DNA of 64,000 nt from Malacoraja senta (Eukaryota). Made by a program: the position numbers and the translations under genes. Positions 62,601 through 64,000 of the stretch are shown here, in pieces. The stretch lies in assembly GCA_038087875.1 (NCBI GenBank), contig CM075992.1, positions 2,482,001 through 2,546,000 of the forward strand, in the 5' to 3' direction. How positions within the stretch are numbered: the stretch's first letter is position 1; every line of letters starts with the position of its first letter. Below the pieces are notes generated by a model. That model was not told the origin of the DNA. It worked only from the letters and a program-made list of their open reading frames with translations, and made no database searches.

Positions 62601-62845
62601 ACAGTTTCTGCATTTGGTCAAGGTGACCAACTTTCATCTCAGCTGCTGCATTATCCTCTAGCATGCCTTGCAACAAAAGATCCCCAGGTGCTCTCAGAAA
62701 GTCAGTACATGAACCGGTAGATCAGAGAGGTGCCACGGGCATAGTGTACATGTTGACTGTGGAGACTGGTGGCTGTTTGACGGTTCTGTCATCCCTTGCA
62801 GATCCTGCCGTGCTGAAACAATATCCTGAAGATTACAATGACCAG
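51949..62845 (+). CDS. DENND1C: DENN domain-containing protein 1 (Rab35 GEF family), 5' part; join(51949-51965,56965-57029,62802-62845,...)
   Basis: Exons of 17, 65 and 44 nt with canonical sites splice in frame to MGSRIKENPDRTFEWFIEALCPKSTDVDPAVLKQYPEDYNDQ, the uDENN N-terminus of DENND1 proteins. F.WF.EA.CP favours DENND1C; MGSRIK is shared with DENND1A, so the paralog call is less certain than the family call. Confidence 0.85.
53350..53682 (+). mobile_element. CR1 LINE 3' fragment
   Basis: GESRTRGHRFKVKG.RF..NLRGNFF.QRV..VWN.LPEEVV; a related copy lies on - at ~54180-54490. Confidence 0.85.
55209..55390. mobile_element. Penelope-derived inverted repeat with 13-bp TSD
   Basis: TTGCCATCTCTTA at 55196-55208 and 55391-55403. 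Confidence 0.8.
56965..57029 (+). CDS. DENND1C: DENND1 coding exon 2
   Basis: Long polypyrimidine tract + cag; G|gtaagt donor. Confidence 0.9.
58286..58478. mobile_element. Penelope-derived inverted repeat with 11-bp TSD
   Basis: CACATTACCAA at 58275-58285 and 58479-58489; arms are reverse complements. Confidence 0.8.
58518..58904. mobile_element. PIF/Harbinger-type MITE (387 bp)
   Basis: 45-bp TIRs AGGGCCTGTCCCAC(C/G)AGCATGCGACTGCATGCGGC(G/A)AGCGCGACC with 2 mismatches; TAA TSD at 58515-58517 and 58905-58907; CpG-rich interior, no transposase. Confidence 0.88.
59561..59611 (+). repeat. (ACTT)n microsatellite tail of a retroposon 3' end
   Basis: Follows 'gcaccaaggcaaattccttgtatgtgaatacttggccaa'. 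Confidence 0.9.
62330..62554. mobile_element. Young Penelope-derived inverted repeat with 14-bp flanking duplication
   Basis: Near-perfect ~95-bp arms; AAACATTTACAAGG at 62316-62329 and 62555-62568; two opposed hammerhead-like cores. Confidence 0.85.
62802..62845 (+). CDS. DENND1C: DENND1 coding exon 3
   Basis: cccttgcag acceptor; CAG|gtaagc donor; encodes DP.VL.Q.PED..DQ. Confidence 0.9.
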
Positions 62846-63157
62846 GTAAGCTGCATCTTCTATCTGGCTCTGTGGTTCATTGATCCTCATTGATGGTTGT
62901 GAATTGGTTAGTGATTGAGCTCTGGCCATGTCCAGGCATGAGTGGGCATCGAAGGATTCTGCTTCCCAATTTACCAACACAAAAACAGGTTATCCAGTGC
63001 AAGTGATCTATCCATCTGCACATGCTCCATTTAACCTGCCTCCCATTGTCTGTCAACTTGTACTATATTCCTGTCAGATGCTCCATTCCAGTTTTAGCTA
63101 TTTACCTCCACTCCTCTTTTTGAAGCACATTCCACATTCTTACCACTCACTGGGTTC

Positions 63158-63418
63158 ATAATTTATAGGAGCAGAATTTGGCCATAAGGCCCATGAAGTC
63201 TACCCCACCATTCAATCATAGCTGATCTATCTTTCCCCCAACCCCATTCTCCTGTCTTCTCCCCATAACCCCTGACACCCACACTAATCAAGAATCTGTC
63301 AATCTCTGCCTTAAAAATATCCATTGACTTGACCTCCACAGCCTTCTGTGACAATGAATTCCATAGATTCGCCACCCTCTGTCTCAAGAAATTCCTCCTA
63401 ATCTACTTTCTAATGGTA
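63158..63418 (-). mobile_element. CR1 LINE 3' fragment
   Basis: QRVANLWNSL.QKAVE.KS.DIFKAEIDRFL plus 3'UTR. Confidence 0.85.
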
Positions 63419-64000
63419 AATACATTTTTCACGACTTCCCGATGGATTTTGAATGAATGAATGAATGAATATGTTTATTGGCCAAGTATTCACATACAAG
63501 GAATTTGCCTTGGTGCTCTGCCCACAGGTGCCCGAATTTATATTTATAGCCAAACATTTTGGAATTTCCCACAGAAATATCTCTACATGAACTCTGTCAA
63601 AAAACTGCTACCTAATCTTAAAGACTCAGGTTACCTCTCAAAATTCCTTTTTTTTCCCCAGTGAAATTAACCCAGTGGCACATTCATGGTTTTTACTTTG
63701 AACTCCGATTAAATGAGGGAGTTATATTTAAGTGTGCATTTACACTTGTTTGTGGGATGATTATTTGGATCACAATAATGGTCAATGTTCCAATGGATAT
63801 TTATTGTCACCTACCACAACCACAAATGTACAGTTGCCAAAATTTGGAGCCTTTAAATGCAAACTGAATGCAAAACCTTTTTTTTATTAGTTTGTGAATG
63901 AATCTCTTTGTCAGGTTTACAATTGAAAAATGACTATTTCTCCCAACAGCAACCATCCAATGCTGAGTTTATACCTGCTGACTCCGATTAGAAACCGCCC

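Overview
Repeat-rich vertebrate DNA, almost certainly from a cartilaginous fish (skate/ray type, inferred from HE1-like SINEs and the CR1, Rex1 and Penelope families). Three host genes can be reconstructed. (1) A single-coding-exon S1P receptor closest to S1PR5 (17772-18896, +). (2) A complete five-coding-exon SPC24 kinetochore gene (43907-39984, -, 198 aa), only fragmentarily visible in the ORF track. Two of its four coding-region introns are U12-type (one AT-AC, one GT-AG), and its CpG promoter carries CHR and E2F motifs. (3) The first three coding micro-exons of a DENND1-family gene, probably DENND1C (51949-62845, +), head-to-head with SPC24 and running off the window. The rest is mostly transposable elements: a nearly full-length Rex1-type LINE with an open 975-aa APE-RT ORF and TSD, many CR1/L2/Rex1/RTE fragments, a young Harbinger-type MITE, and many Penelope-derived terminal repeats. 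The Penelope repeats often form inverted hairpins with TSDs and carry a minimal hammerhead-ribozyme-like core. No rRNA, true tRNA or CRISPR array was seen. Boundaries of degraded repeats are approximate.
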